Source of the DNA: Amphiscolops sp. MND2022
Taxonomy: Eukaryota
Length of the DNA stretch: 64,000 nucleotides
Reading direction: 5' to 3'
NCBI GenBank assembly: GCA_964187785.1
Contig: OZ076414.1
Coordinates: 42,222,001 to 42,286,000 of the forward strand
The notes under the pieces were generated by a model. That model saw only the letters and a program-made list of their open reading frames with translations. It was not told the DNA's origin and ran no database searches. The translations under genes and the position numbers were made by a program. Position 1 is the first letter of the stretch. Each line of letters starts with the position of its first letter. Shown here one piece after another: positions 22,501 to 32,304 of the stretch.

Positions 22501-24525
22501 TATGTGCACCGAGAGAAAATCCTTGAGAAGTTGCCGGAAGTGAGCGAGGGGTTCAACTTCATGACCCAGAAGGACTATGAAGCGCTCCCCACCGTGCCAT
22601 ACTTCGATAAACACGGACGCCTGATACCAGACCACCCAGAGCTTCCACCGGAAGCTCGAGCCCAACTCCCACTGCTGTATATCTTGGGGAAGGGGCCCAA
22701 AAGGAGCTTGCAAGAGCCCTCGGCGAGTGATGCCCCGTGGTACCCTCAAGTACAGTGGGAAACGACGCCCACCATCGATGAAGATCACCGACCAAATCAC
22801 ATCCTCAGCATCGCAACCGGAGTGCCACCGGCACGCCTAGACACTGGAGAACCTGACCCTGCGCTTGACGGGATGCCTCCCGAGTGCCAAAGACAAGCCC
22901 ATGCCCTCAGGACTGTCGGGACAGAGCTGCAAGAACACTTTCTAACTAGGCGCGGCCTCAAAGATCTGCACTTAGCGCAGAGTGGGGACGTGCACCTCTT
23001 GGCGCTGAGGAAACTCATGAAAGGCGAACCATTGGATGACGCCATGTTCCCCGAAGACGTGCAGGACTTCGCTCGGCGCTACTTCCACCAAAAGAAAGAC
23101 CTGCTCTTCCTGAATCCGGACGACATCCTCTGCGTCAACTACGTTCCGCAACAGCGTGCGCTGCACGTGCGACCGTGCATGATAGTCATGCCCCAACTAT
23201 ACCAACACGAGATCTTGTATAGGGCGCACGACGAATCGGGACATCAGGGCGTAGGGAAGGTGCTAGCAAGAGTACAAGAGCGGCACACTTGGCCGGGCAT
23301 CAAGCGTGACATAGTCAATCACATTAAGCACTGCCTAACCTGCCAGCAAACCAAACACCCTGCCGGAAACCCCTGCTACCCCCTGCAGAACATCAACAGC
23401 AGCAACTTCAACGACCTGGTGCAATTTGACCATCTGAAACTGTGCAAAACCGAGTCGGGTAACACCGGTCTCTTGGTCATAATAGACCACTTCACGAAAT
23501 TCGCCGAGGCTATCCCGTGTGCCCACGACGAATATGATGCCCAAACCACTGCCAAGATTATCCTCAATAAATGGTTTGCCAGGCACGGCACTCCAGCTCG
23601 TATGCAGTTGGACAATGCCACGAATTTCACAGCTGAAATCGCGCAGGAGTTAATGAATGCATCACAGGTGACAAAGGTGACATCCACACCGGCGCATCCC
23701 CGAGGAAATGGACTTGTGGAGAGACAGAACCGAACACTGCTTACGCTGCTCCGAGTCTACACGTCGCGGCGAATGCAGGATTGGGACGAGCACATCGATG
23801 GAATCCTTGGTGCCTACAACTCTACTAGGCACGCCACCACGGGATTCTCTCCCTACATGCTCCAACATGGAGCCGAAAAGTCCATTCCCTTGTCATTCAT
23901 CTACCCGGAGTTTGCTGCGCGAGGATTCAACTCCAAAGAAGAATTCGTAGAACACCTTCTAGCCAGGCAACAAGAAATCCATGAACTAGTTAGAAGAAAC
24001 ACGCACCAAGCACAGCTAAGGCAAAAGCTAAAGTTTGACTGCCACCTCAAGGCCAAAGCGCACGCCGTAGGCGATGCGGTGTGGGTGTTCTGCCATATCA
24101 TACCCAAAGGTGGCACCCGCAAGCTGATCCGCGCATGGCGTGGACCCCACAAGGTGACTGATGTGTTGCAGGACGGACGACTATATGTGCTGGACACCGG
24201 TCAAAAGGTCCATTACGAAAGATTGAAAAGACACGTGCCCGCCCCCTGGGACTGGGCTGCACACCAGCCCTTTGGGCTGGACCAGAATGTAGCCATTATT
24301 GCCGATCCGTACGTAGAGGAAAGCAACGAGGAGATAACATCGGACGTCTCTCGAGACTCTTTCCTACCAGAACAACTTCCGGAAGTGTCGTTCGAAATGG
24401 AGCCGACAGGATCGGTTCACCCCGCACCATTCAGACTCGTACGCAAACGAGCGAGGAATACCCCGAAGAAGATTCAGCCACTTCGGATATCCCTCCGACT
24501 CGGACTCAGAAAGGGAAGAGAATGA
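22477..24525 (+). CDS. pol: Tether plus integrase part of the polyprotein
   Basis: HHCC (AHDESGHQG...HCLTCQ), DDE core (QFDH, LDNATNF, LVERQN) and GPY/F-like WRGPHKV. Confidence 0.93.
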   Translation, partial: GLSKRTNDYVHREKILEKLPEVSEGFNFMTQKDYEALPTVPYFDKHGRLIPDHPELPPEARAQLPLLYILGKGPKRSLQEPSASDAPWYPQVQWETTPTIDEDHRPNHILSIATGVPPARLDTGEPDPALDGMPPECQRQAHALRTVGTELQEHFLTRRGLKDLHLAQSGDVHLLALRKLMKGEPLDDAMFPEDVQDFARRYFHQKKDLLFLNPDDILCVNYVPQQRALHVRPCMIVMPQLYQHEILYRAHDESGHQGVGKVLARVQERHTWPGIKRDIVNHIKHCLTCQQTKHPAGNPCYPLQNINSSNFNDLVQFDHLKLCKTESGNTGLLVIIDHFTKFAEAIPCAHDEYDAQTTAKIILNKWFARHGTPARMQLDNATNFTAEIAQELMNASQVTKVTSTPAHPRGNGLVERQNRTLLTLLRVYTSRRMQDWDEHIDGILGAYNSTRHATTGFSPYMLQHGAEKSIPLSFIYPEFAARGFNSKEEFVEHLLARQQEIHELVRRNTHQAQLRQKLKFDCHLKAKAHAVGDAVWVFCHIIPKGGTRKLIRAWRGPHKVTDVLQDGRLYVLDTGQKVHYERLKRHVPAPWDWAAHQPFGLDQNVAIIADPYVEESNEEITSDVSRDSFLPEQLPEVSFEMEPTGSVHPAPFRLVRKRARNTPKKIQPLRISLRLGLRKGRE

Positions 24526-24556
24526 ACCGACGGTCCAGAACCCAGCACCGCCAGCG

Positions 24557-26557
24557 GTGTTCCCCGACCTGGACGACCTAGAGCCACTGTACTCCGACCA
24601 GGAGGAAATTCAGCCAGCCGCACCTCCAAGTCTGATACCATGCCCCTCAGGGACCTCGGCCCCGCTACTATCTAATCCGTCTCTGACGGATACCCTAAGC
24701 AACTTTCCCCTGTTTGGCCCCCGATCGGAGGACCCAATCAGTCCGGTGGAAATAAAACCACCGTCAGGAACCGAGGGCGAGGAGGAGATGGTCCATCGAA
24801 GTCCAGTCCAGTGCTCAACACAACCCGGTACCACCAACCGCAGAGGACGGCCTCGAGGCCGACCACCAGGTCGAGGACGACCACGCGCCATACCATCCAG
24901 TAAGACCACAACATCTTCGCGAACACAAACCACGCGATCCAGAAGAGGCCCTAGGACAAGGGTAAGCACTCGTGCACCCCCTCGAATACTGGACCGAGCT
25001 ATGACTCTGCCAGAGATACCCGAGACCCAATCACCACCGGAAAACCAGAACTCTGAGCTGGGACCGTCATCGCGAACATTACGATATCAACTGCGAGCTA
25101 ATAGAGCACCGCGGTACAAGTGTGGAACCTGTGGTTCCCGCAACTGTAGTTGCGTCAAGCGACTGGCCTGCGACTCGCCGGACCACCGATTGGCCCGGGG
25201 AGCGGTCATCCCTGCAAGGGAACTCTCAATGGCCAGGGCACCATATCATCCACAACACGAGATCCTGACCGTGCAAGCCCAGCGAGAAAAAGTTGAGGCC
25301 CCTCCGCTGGTACACCACCTAGTCATCACGGTAGAGAAAACATTCACTAGTGTAGAGCCAGAAGTGATACCACCGCTGGAAGAAACGCTCAGAGCAATGC
25401 ACGCGACATCTCCCTCCGACTGCCCCACTTACCGATTCAAGGAGTGGACACCACCTCACCGAGGCGGTCTGGAGTTCACTCTCCATGCCATCATACCGCC
25501 CTTGCCACCCTCAATAACGTTCGGCGAGCTAGCGGAAGAGGATAGCAGCCCGGAGATGGTTCGCTGTATCACCGCACACCAACTGTGGGAGAAATACCGC
25601 ATTGCCTCCCCGCCGGGAGACATATACCAGCCCACCAAAGGATGGTGGCTACTCGTCACCTCTCTCGACGCAACGACGTTGGTGTCTCCCACAACGCTGT
25701 TGATGTGCTTAGAGAGCTTGCGCACTGTAACGGAACCTGAGAGTACACTCTGTTTCCACCTGGCCGACATCCATCGCGGCAAGTTCCTAAGCCAACTTTG
25801 GCTACAATTGATTGCGGTCATCTTCTGCCGACAGGCGAAGATATACTTCTTGGATCGGCAATCTTATACGCCGGAAAAACCTGTCACGGTCAACGAAGCA
25901 CTCTCCATAGCACACGATTGGTCATCCACCAACATGGGAGGTAGACCGCTACGCCGCACCGTCTGGGAGGACCGCAAAGCGATCTTACAGCATCTAGCAC
26001 CCCAACCTGATGGTGACCAGAGCAATACCACTGGTAAATGGCTCATAACCCAGCCCAAGACCAGGCCGAACTACCTACCTTGGATAACTTATGCCAATAC
26101 AGATATCCTGCAGGCCCCTGGCACTGTGATACTGTGTTGCCCTGCAGATTTGCTCTCCTACTCTGCCACCACCCGTTATGTTATTCGCGAATACGGTCAG
26201 GAAAACATATTTCGCCTAAGGCCGGCAGTTGGCACCGCAATTCGTTTAGTCCGCTCGCCAACTGCACCTTGGAATAACGAAATTTTCCTTCTATGTACCC
26301 GAGCATCGAATAAACACCCACTCTTACATGAAGTACTCCATGCGTGTTTGACGAATTTGATACTCCAGCTCCATCGAAACCGAATTACCAGAATCCACTT
26401 GCCCATGTATGATCCCGAGCGGTCGATGAACCTCCTAGCAGCCTGGTACGCCACGCTACGCGATCACTTTGCAGACCAGAATATTGCGATAAACTTGCAC
26501 GATCGCGTCTATGTCTCGATAGCATCGGTGACGTCAGTCGATTTTGGCGGTAGTTAG
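24557..26557 (+). CDS. Probable C-terminal extension of Pol: Pro/Arg-rich linker, CxxC-x4-CxC cluster, two TARG1/OARD1(Poa1p)-like macrodomains
   Basis: The frame is open upstream of the GTG (RGIPRRRFSHFGYPSDSDSE). RYQLRANRAPRY resembles an integrase C-terminal basic motif. Segments ~25469-25858 and ~26081-26503 follow the TARG1 pattern (ITY..D, G..I.L, IFLLCT, L..L...I..I.LP, F....I.I.L). Confidence 0.7.
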   Translation: MFPDLDDLEPLYSDQEEIQPAAPPSLIPCPSGTSAPLLSNPSLTDTLSNFPLFGPRSEDPISPVEIKPPSGTEGEEEMVHRSPVQCSTQPGTTNRRGRPRGRPPGRGRPRAIPSSKTTTSSRTQTTRSRRGPRTRVSTRAPPRILDRAMTLPEIPETQSPPENQNSELGPSSRTLRYQLRANRAPRYKCGTCGSRNCSCVKRLACDSPDHRLARGAVIPARELSMARAPYHPQHEILTVQAQREKVEAPPLVHHLVITVEKTFTSVEPEVIPPLEETLRAMHATSPSDCPTYRFKEWTPPHRGGLEFTLHAIIPPLPPSITFGELAEEDSSPEMVRCITAHQLWEKYRIASPPGDIYQPTKGWWLLVTSLDATTLVSPTTLLMCLESLRTVTEPESTLCFHLADIHRGKFLSQLWLQLIAVIFCRQAKIYFLDRQSYTPEKPVTVNEALSIAHDWSSTNMGGRPLRRTVWEDRKAILQHLAPQPDGDQSNTTGKWLITQPKTRPNYLPWITYANTDILQAPGTVILCCPADLLSYSATTRYVIREYGQENIFRLRPAVGTAIRLVRSPTAPWNNEIFLLCTRASNKHPLLHEVLHACLTNLILQLHRNRITRIHLPMYDPERSMNLLAAWYATLRDHFADQNIAINLHDRVYVSIASVTSVDFGGS

Positions 26558-26977
26558 GAACACGTTTCGCTCTCTTCTTGGCAAATCAGACCACTGGCCT
26601 TTTGTATTGCCTTTTGTAACTTGGAAAGCACTTTAGGTTTTAACAATAATGCACCGGTGAGTGCAAGTTTTAGTAATAACCACATGAACTTTTTAGCCTT
26701 ATGTTTTGTGTGTTCGTCCTAAAAAGTTTGAGTGACCATCCGTTTGCGTGATGTTTTAACCCCAACTGTGACCTGTTTTTTCAGTTTTGTCCTGTTGCTT
26801 CGCCTCTGCGCGGCTTCCCCAGTTATCACATCAAACAAATCAGTCTTGCCATCACAATCTTCGGTGCTAAACACTCCTTTATTATCATTTCCAACGGACG
26901 CATCTGCGCGAAACCGCCTGCCTGCACCCCAAAACGCTGCGCGTGCCCAACAAACCACAAGGAGCGATGCACCTCCA

Positions 26978-29900
26978 ATGATGAGCGAAATAGATGGTCG
27001 AGTCGACCAACTAGCTCTCGTTCAAGACACTCTACTAAACGGAGCGACACCCACAATGATCGCTGGCTTTGCCATGATCATCGCCCAAATCCAAGCCCAG
27101 GCGGCGTACCCTGATGTCAGTCTCACCATCACCAGCCGGGTCGGCCCGATAGAGCGCTCTGCCATCTTTCGCGACGGTGCCTGGCACGGGTACGACTTGA
27201 CCCATAGCCTGATTGATCCCCGCTCCCACTTAGTCTTTGGAGAGCCTACTAGGCCTCCCATGGACCAGGAGCGATCACTGCGCATTTCGCAATCGGCAGT
27301 GCAGACACCAACTACAACCCCGTTGCCCTCACCACACCCTGTACGATTCAGCTGCACACTGCCAATGGTGCCACCCCCAGTGCTAACACCGCCCATGCCT
27401 CTGGCATCGGACGGTATCCGACTACTGACAACCCAGACATCCAACTTCATGCTTCCATCTGCCTTTCAGGGGGAAGGGGTGCAAGTAGGCAACACAACAA
27501 GCACCACCCTGAGCGAGGAACAGCCCAGAGACAGCCGCCCCGCGAGAACAGTGACGTTTAAGGACTCGTATGAAGAATTGATCCAATCGTCCTCCAGAAC
27601 CGAACCACAAGTCTCGGAACCAGCCAGCCTAGTAGGCTTCCAGATGGACCCACAATTGCGACAACGCCAACGAGAACAGCAGAAAGCTGAGAGCAAGGCG
27701 GCCAGCACCGTGGTAGACCTCCGGGAGAAGATTAACGCTGGAAAGCGAGCTAGAGAGGCGGCCGAACAGGCTGGGCAATCGAGCTCGACTACTACCCCGC
27801 AACCCCCCGCTGCATCGCCCACACAACCAGAGGCCAGGAGACCGAGAGTAACGCGCGAGCTCCTCACACATGCAGAAAAACGGCAGCTGGACATCACTGC
27901 ACGCGACGCACTGCGTCTCCAGCGGGAAGTGCCAACCACAACGTCACCAGAAGACCCACTACGACAGAAGTTCGAGGTCGCTACTGGAACAGGGGACCTC
28001 GCCACTAGGCAGAAAATAGAGAAAGCCACAGTGGGAGTACTCTACAATCGCCCCGTCAAGAAACCCGTGTTCACTCGGGACGGATGCCCCCCATGGTTCA
28101 ACCGCATGCGGGCAGAACTGGAGAGAGTGAACTCAACGTACATGCGTGTTCCCGACAGCTTCCTCCGACAGCGCCCTGGCCGCTTTGACGAAGACCGCCT
28201 GCGAACCAAGAACTATGCGCGGAACCCTGTTACAATCTTGCCCATGGGAAAGGACCTCCTACAGAAAACTAGGATAGCCTTCTTCGTCGACTCGACGATG
28301 AAGTCTTCCTTCAATTCCCACAACACCCTCATGGATGTCAGAATACTGAATATGCCTTGTACCACACTGAATGAGATGGCCGAGGTGACTGACAAAATGT
28401 TCACCCAAGCGGGAGCAGAGACCATCCCACTTCCTCCGTTGTTGGTGTATTCGAACGTGATAGACCACCTCGCTCTGCGGGGCACCCTGGAATTCTTCCG
28501 GCCGGACCATGAGAGGTTCACCGAGGGGTTCGTCACTGACGAGGTAACTAACTATGTGCAGACCATGGCCAACATTGTCCAAGCCATGCGCAGAAAGAAA
28601 GCCACCACTGGGACGGTGTTTATGTCACCTCCAGGCTACGTATACTTTCCCCGGACCCTTCAACAATTCTTGTACTTAGTGACGGAGGCCGCATATGCGA
28701 GAGATCTGCCTTTCTACATTGTGGCGCCCAACCTACGCATCAATAACAATAGTTGGCGTCCCTGCGAAGCCTCATACCCGGCCTTCATCGCCGAAGTCTC
28801 CAAGGCCCTCCAGTCATACGTTGGTTACCGCGGCAATTCCCAAATGATAATAGATGAGGCCACAGCGTTCGACTATGGCATGGAAATGGCCCGTCGATCA
28901 ATGAAAGAGCGCGGAGACCGGGTAGTAAATGACCCAAACGAGAACGAGCGTGATAACCTGGTGGATAACCTCTGGTTTGAACGCCGGGATGAATCCACCC
29001 TGGATGAAAAGACGCACGAACCCAAATTCCACAAAGAACTCACGAGCCTGATGAAGAAAACTGAAACGATTCAAGGCGATAGGAAGAACTCGTCCATCTT
29101 CCCTATAGCGCAAGTGTCGTTGGACGCTGAACCTGGGCTAAGATCACCCACCTTAGCCATGCTGTCAATACTGGCCCAAGATATCGTACGAAGGAATACT
29201 CGAGAGCCAACACACACGTACCAAACATGGCACGACCAACTGCGGGAACCTCTAAGCCAAGTCGCGGAGCGGCTAGGCATACCATTTCCTGTGTTCCTTC
29301 ATAACATCTCTCCCTTCTGGCTTCCCTCCCTAGTACAGGCCGAGTACGGCCTAGATGAGCAGCGGATGCGCTTGTACATGGACGCCATGGAAAGAGCCAC
29401 CATCAGCGAAATGCTAGCATATTTGATGGCCGTGGGGTTGACTATGATGTACCGAGGACCGTCATCCCTCATACAGAAACTCGTGCTTAACAAAGGAGGC
29501 TCAGCCCTGTTCAGCTTCTTGGTCTTTTCGCAAAATCAAAGGAGCTGGATATATGCGCTCATTGAAACTCTGGACCCGGTGGGTTCCTTGAAGTTGAAAG
29601 CGCAACTAGATTTGAACATTCAAGCTCTCCTGGTGTGGATTTATTCCACCTGGGTCAATGTTGCTGGCATCATGCATCCTCTGGATGAGTGCCCGGCTAT
29701 CAGCCGAGACCCCAGTCAGCTTCCAGGGTTCCTGTTCCCGACACAAATGGCAACATTGATGCTCGTGGAAACAGAGGACCTGATCCCACTCATCGCTCCT
29801 TTAATCTGGCCCATCTTCGGCGCAGTTATGGCCTTGCGGTATCCCACGCAGGCCTTGCGAGTGGCTGCAGTAGCCCCATCGCTCTCAATTCTGCACTTCG

Positions 29901-31009
29901 TGACCTCCAATGGGCCCCTTCAGGGTCCCACCTATCAATCAATAATACGCAGCTTCGCCAACTTGCGACCTCCCATGGCATACACCATAATCAAAGACCG
30001 CCAGCAGGTGGAGCACAACTACCTAATGATGATCAAAGCGCGAGCACGCAGCTCGCTCCCACTGCCAATGGAAATCCACCCGGTCGCTTGGCTACATGCC
30101 CCCCTTAACCCAAACAATGGAACAGTGGCAACTTTTGATGGGTGGGACGTGCCAGTTGTCTTGCGCATCTTGAGCACGATTATCCAAAGATTGGGTGGTC
30201 GCCGCAAAGGAGAGGAGCCCACTGGGTTGTTATATCCCTATGCATGCGACATTTCCAGGGTATACTGTGCGAGAGCGGAGCCCCGCGATCATACCGCCAG
30301 AATTCTAAATACCATCACGTGCTGGGCCCAGCCGGAGCTCGTAGACCTCGCCATCCACCAGACTTTTCAACAGCTGCTAACGACTGTTCCAACTGTAGCG
30401 AGAGAACCCAACAGGAAGGACCTGCCCGTGAGCACAGACGTTCCCAGTAACCCGCGCATTGCGCTAGAGATATTCGTGCGCCTGCATGGTCTCCAGCGAG
30501 AACAGACTCGAGCTGTAGGAGAAGAGTACGCTAGGGGAATACAAACATTCAAGCAGCTATTCACCCAGCATGGTCATCAAGAACTGGCGGACGGACTGCC
30601 AAACCTGGAGCCAACCGAAGCTATCCCGGGAACTAGCGGGTTGGGCGAAGCTGCCTCTGACGGCCCCCAGACCGTCCCTCCCACATCCCACCTCACTCAA
30701 GACACCGATGAGTCATTGATGGAAGGGGTACAAGACGATATCTCAAACGTCATGCCACCATCAGAGGAGCCCATGACCGACAATAATTTCACACTCTCTG
30801 ATGCCGCTACCCCTGTAAGAGACGAAGCGGAGACTGGTATCTCAAACATGGAGGCGGCGGATATAGAGTCGGAGCTTAACAACCTACTGACTATGGATGA
30901 GGAATCATCGCCCCCCTTCGAGGCGCCCGATTCGGCCGTCCAAAATACAGTGAACACCATGGCCAGCACTTCCACGCAGGAAGCCCCACAAGATCAGCTG
31001 TTGGAGTAA
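26978..31009 (+). CDS. ORF3, intact 1,343-aa protein (frame open from 26732): N-terminal domain, Pro-rich/coiled linker, SGNH-like domain, hydrophobic helical domain, acidic tail
   Basis: Over 4 kb without a stop, between pol and the PPT. IAFFVDSTM / NMPCTT / VYSNVIDHL / NSWRP occur with the order and spacing of SGNH blocks I, II, III and V. Confidence 0.8.
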   Translation: MMSEIDGRVDQLALVQDTLLNGATPTMIAGFAMIIAQIQAQAAYPDVSLTITSRVGPIERSAIFRDGAWHGYDLTHSLIDPRSHLVFGEPTRPPMDQERSLRISQSAVQTPTTTPLPSPHPVRFSCTLPMVPPPVLTPPMPLASDGIRLLTTQTSNFMLPSAFQGEGVQVGNTTSTTLSEEQPRDSRPARTVTFKDSYEELIQSSSRTEPQVSEPASLVGFQMDPQLRQRQREQQKAESKAASTVVDLREKINAGKRAREAAEQAGQSSSTTTPQPPAASPTQPEARRPRVTRELLTHAEKRQLDITARDALRLQREVPTTTSPEDPLRQKFEVATGTGDLATRQKIEKATVGVLYNRPVKKPVFTRDGCPPWFNRMRAELERVNSTYMRVPDSFLRQRPGRFDEDRLRTKNYARNPVTILPMGKDLLQKTRIAFFVDSTMKSSFNSHNTLMDVRILNMPCTTLNEMAEVTDKMFTQAGAETIPLPPLLVYSNVIDHLALRGTLEFFRPDHERFTEGFVTDEVTNYVQTMANIVQAMRRKKATTGTVFMSPPGYVYFPRTLQQFLYLVTEAAYARDLPFYIVAPNLRINNNSWRPCEASYPAFIAEVSKALQSYVGYRGNSQMIIDEATAFDYGMEMARRSMKERGDRVVNDPNENERDNLVDNLWFERRDESTLDEKTHEPKFHKELTSLMKKTETIQGDRKNSSIFPIAQVSLDAEPGLRSPTLAMLSILAQDIVRRNTREPTHTYQTWHDQLREPLSQVAERLGIPFPVFLHNISPFWLPSLVQAEYGLDEQRMRLYMDAMERATISEMLAYLMAVGLTMMYRGPSSLIQKLVLNKGGSALFSFLVFSQNQRSWIYALIETLDPVGSLKLKAQLDLNIQALLVWIYSTWVNVAGIMHPLDECPAISRDPSQLPGFLFPTQMATLMLVETEDLIPLIAPLIWPIFGAVMALRYPTQALRVAAVAPSLSILHFVTSNGPLQGPTYQSIIRSFANLRPPMAYTIIKDRQQVEHNYLMMIKARARSSLPLPMEIHPVAWLHAPLNPNNGTVATFDGWDVPVVLRILSTIIQRLGGRRKGEEPTGLLYPYACDISRVYCARAEPRDHTARILNTITCWAQPELVDLAIHQTFQQLLTTVPTVAREPNRKDLPVSTDVPSNPRIALEIFVRLHGLQREQTRAVGEEYARGIQTFKQLFTQHGHQELADGLPNLEPTEAIPGTSGLGEAASDGPQTVPPTSHLTQDTDESLMEGVQDDISNVMPPSEEPMTDNNFTLSDAATPVRDEAETGISNMEAADIESELNNLLTMDEESSPPFEAPDSAVQNTVNTMASTSTQEAPQDQLLE

Positions 31010-31589
31010 AGGAGTCCTCTGGACCCTCCAAGACCACTGGAATACTGTAAAGCACAAAAGACCTTATCGTGAAAACATTGGTGCAAACTTTTGGTTTTAG
31101 TTATGCTACGCTATCTCACCTGTGCTGAAAACTTTCGGTGCAATAAAGTTTGATTTCGAATTTTTTTTGTTTGATATTTATTTCACTATGCTACCAATGC
31201 AACAATACGATATAGCTACGTCCTCTGGGCGGGTCCCGGTTCGGTGCCCTCCCGTTTTGATTTGAATTTAAAACTTCTACTAAGCCCAAAAGCTGTTGTT
31301 ACTCACCTGGCCGCGCAGGGGCCCAATTTTAGAAAAAGAAATTTTAACTTGGACTGAGTGATTAGTGAAATTTTTTTTTTAGAGCCGACTGTAGAGTTTT
31401 TAACCTCGAAACTAGTGCTTTTTGAATTTTATGGCTTTGGAGTGCTAAACATGCAGTAACGAAACGAAAAGAATAGTAATGTGAGATCAATTTAGTTCAG
31501 CTCTGATGCAAGATTTTTTTGTGTAAATCTCAGAGTACCCTTTGGGTGCGAGCATCCTCTCGTTTGCCGAGGACGACAAACTACGGCCC

Positions 31590-31597
31590 GGGGAGGA
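31590..31597 (+). promoter_or_regulatory. Polypurine tract
   Basis: GGGGAGGA directly abuts the 3' LTR. Confidence 0.8.
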
Positions 31598-32304
31598 TGT
31601 AACGTCCGCCTCTGGCATGACAAAATTTCGATGAAAAATTCGAAATGTGCGACATCGCAATTCAGCAAAAAAGATGGCCGACCTAATAGGAGCGGGAAAC
31701 TAAAAAAAGTGAGAGCACGCTGAAGAGAGCAAAAAAGGAAGGAACCAGAAAGCAGAACGACTATTGACATGAAGATTCGCACAGTGCCGAATGTGACGAG
31801 TACTACCCGGTGTTATGCCATCCCTCTGGAAGAGAATGCAAAACCGTTCCAGAATGGCATAACTGGGTCCCCGAAAACCTACAAACAGTAACTGTACTCC
31901 CCTTTGGGGCTCATCCCCCTTAATTTGTTGATTTGTAATGTATTTTGCTGTTTCGCTTATGCCTGACCTTCTAGATCAGCATTTCATATCCTTAACTGTC
32001 AAAATGGTACTTTTTGGATAAACGCTTTTGGACCTCGGAAGTATGTAGGAAGTCGTAGGAAGGCTTAGGATTATGTAGGAACGTTTTTACAGGCTTGTGG
32101 GGCGTGTCCGGACTTTGAGAGTGCCGGCACGTCGCCTCGGAGCTCTAACTAGAGGAGCCTCCTTAGACGTTAGAAAAGTCCCCCATGGAGACCATTTTGG
32201 GAGAAAAGCCAGTGTCTAGGAGTGTAGTAAGACAACGGTCTCCTGTTTAAGCACCCTAGGCATTGTCCCACTTCCGGGATGTGCGCCGCTAGCCGGACGT
32301 TACA
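31598..32304 (+). repeat. 3' LTR (707 bp)
   Basis: ~99% identical to 13065-13772, with the same inverted ends. Confidence 0.97.

Larger units (their letters stand above)
13065..32304 (+). mobile_element. Giant (19,240 bp) Ty3/Gypsy LTR retrotransposon with extra domains and an extra ORF
   Basis: Paired LTRs, PBS, PPT, domain order Gag-PR-RT-RH-IN, plus macrodomain-like extension and ORF3. Confidence 0.95.

Noticed and set aside
26732-26830. Signal-peptide-like N-terminus of ORF3 (CFFSFVLLLRLCAA)
   Set aside because: It depends on a GTG start and is encoded by a T-rich tract resembling a polypyrimidine/acceptor region; the first ATG is at 26978. Unsupported without transcript data.
17053-30975. 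Many antisense and alternate-frame ORFs over the Gypsy coding region
   Set aside because: Expected shadows of GC-rich coding DNA with no motifs. The exception, 22280-22543, is the frameshifted RNase H piece.
26732-31009. ORF3 as a canonical retroviral or errantiviral Env
   Set aside because: Position fits, but no recognisable fusion-protein motifs, Cys pattern or C-terminal anchor were seen.
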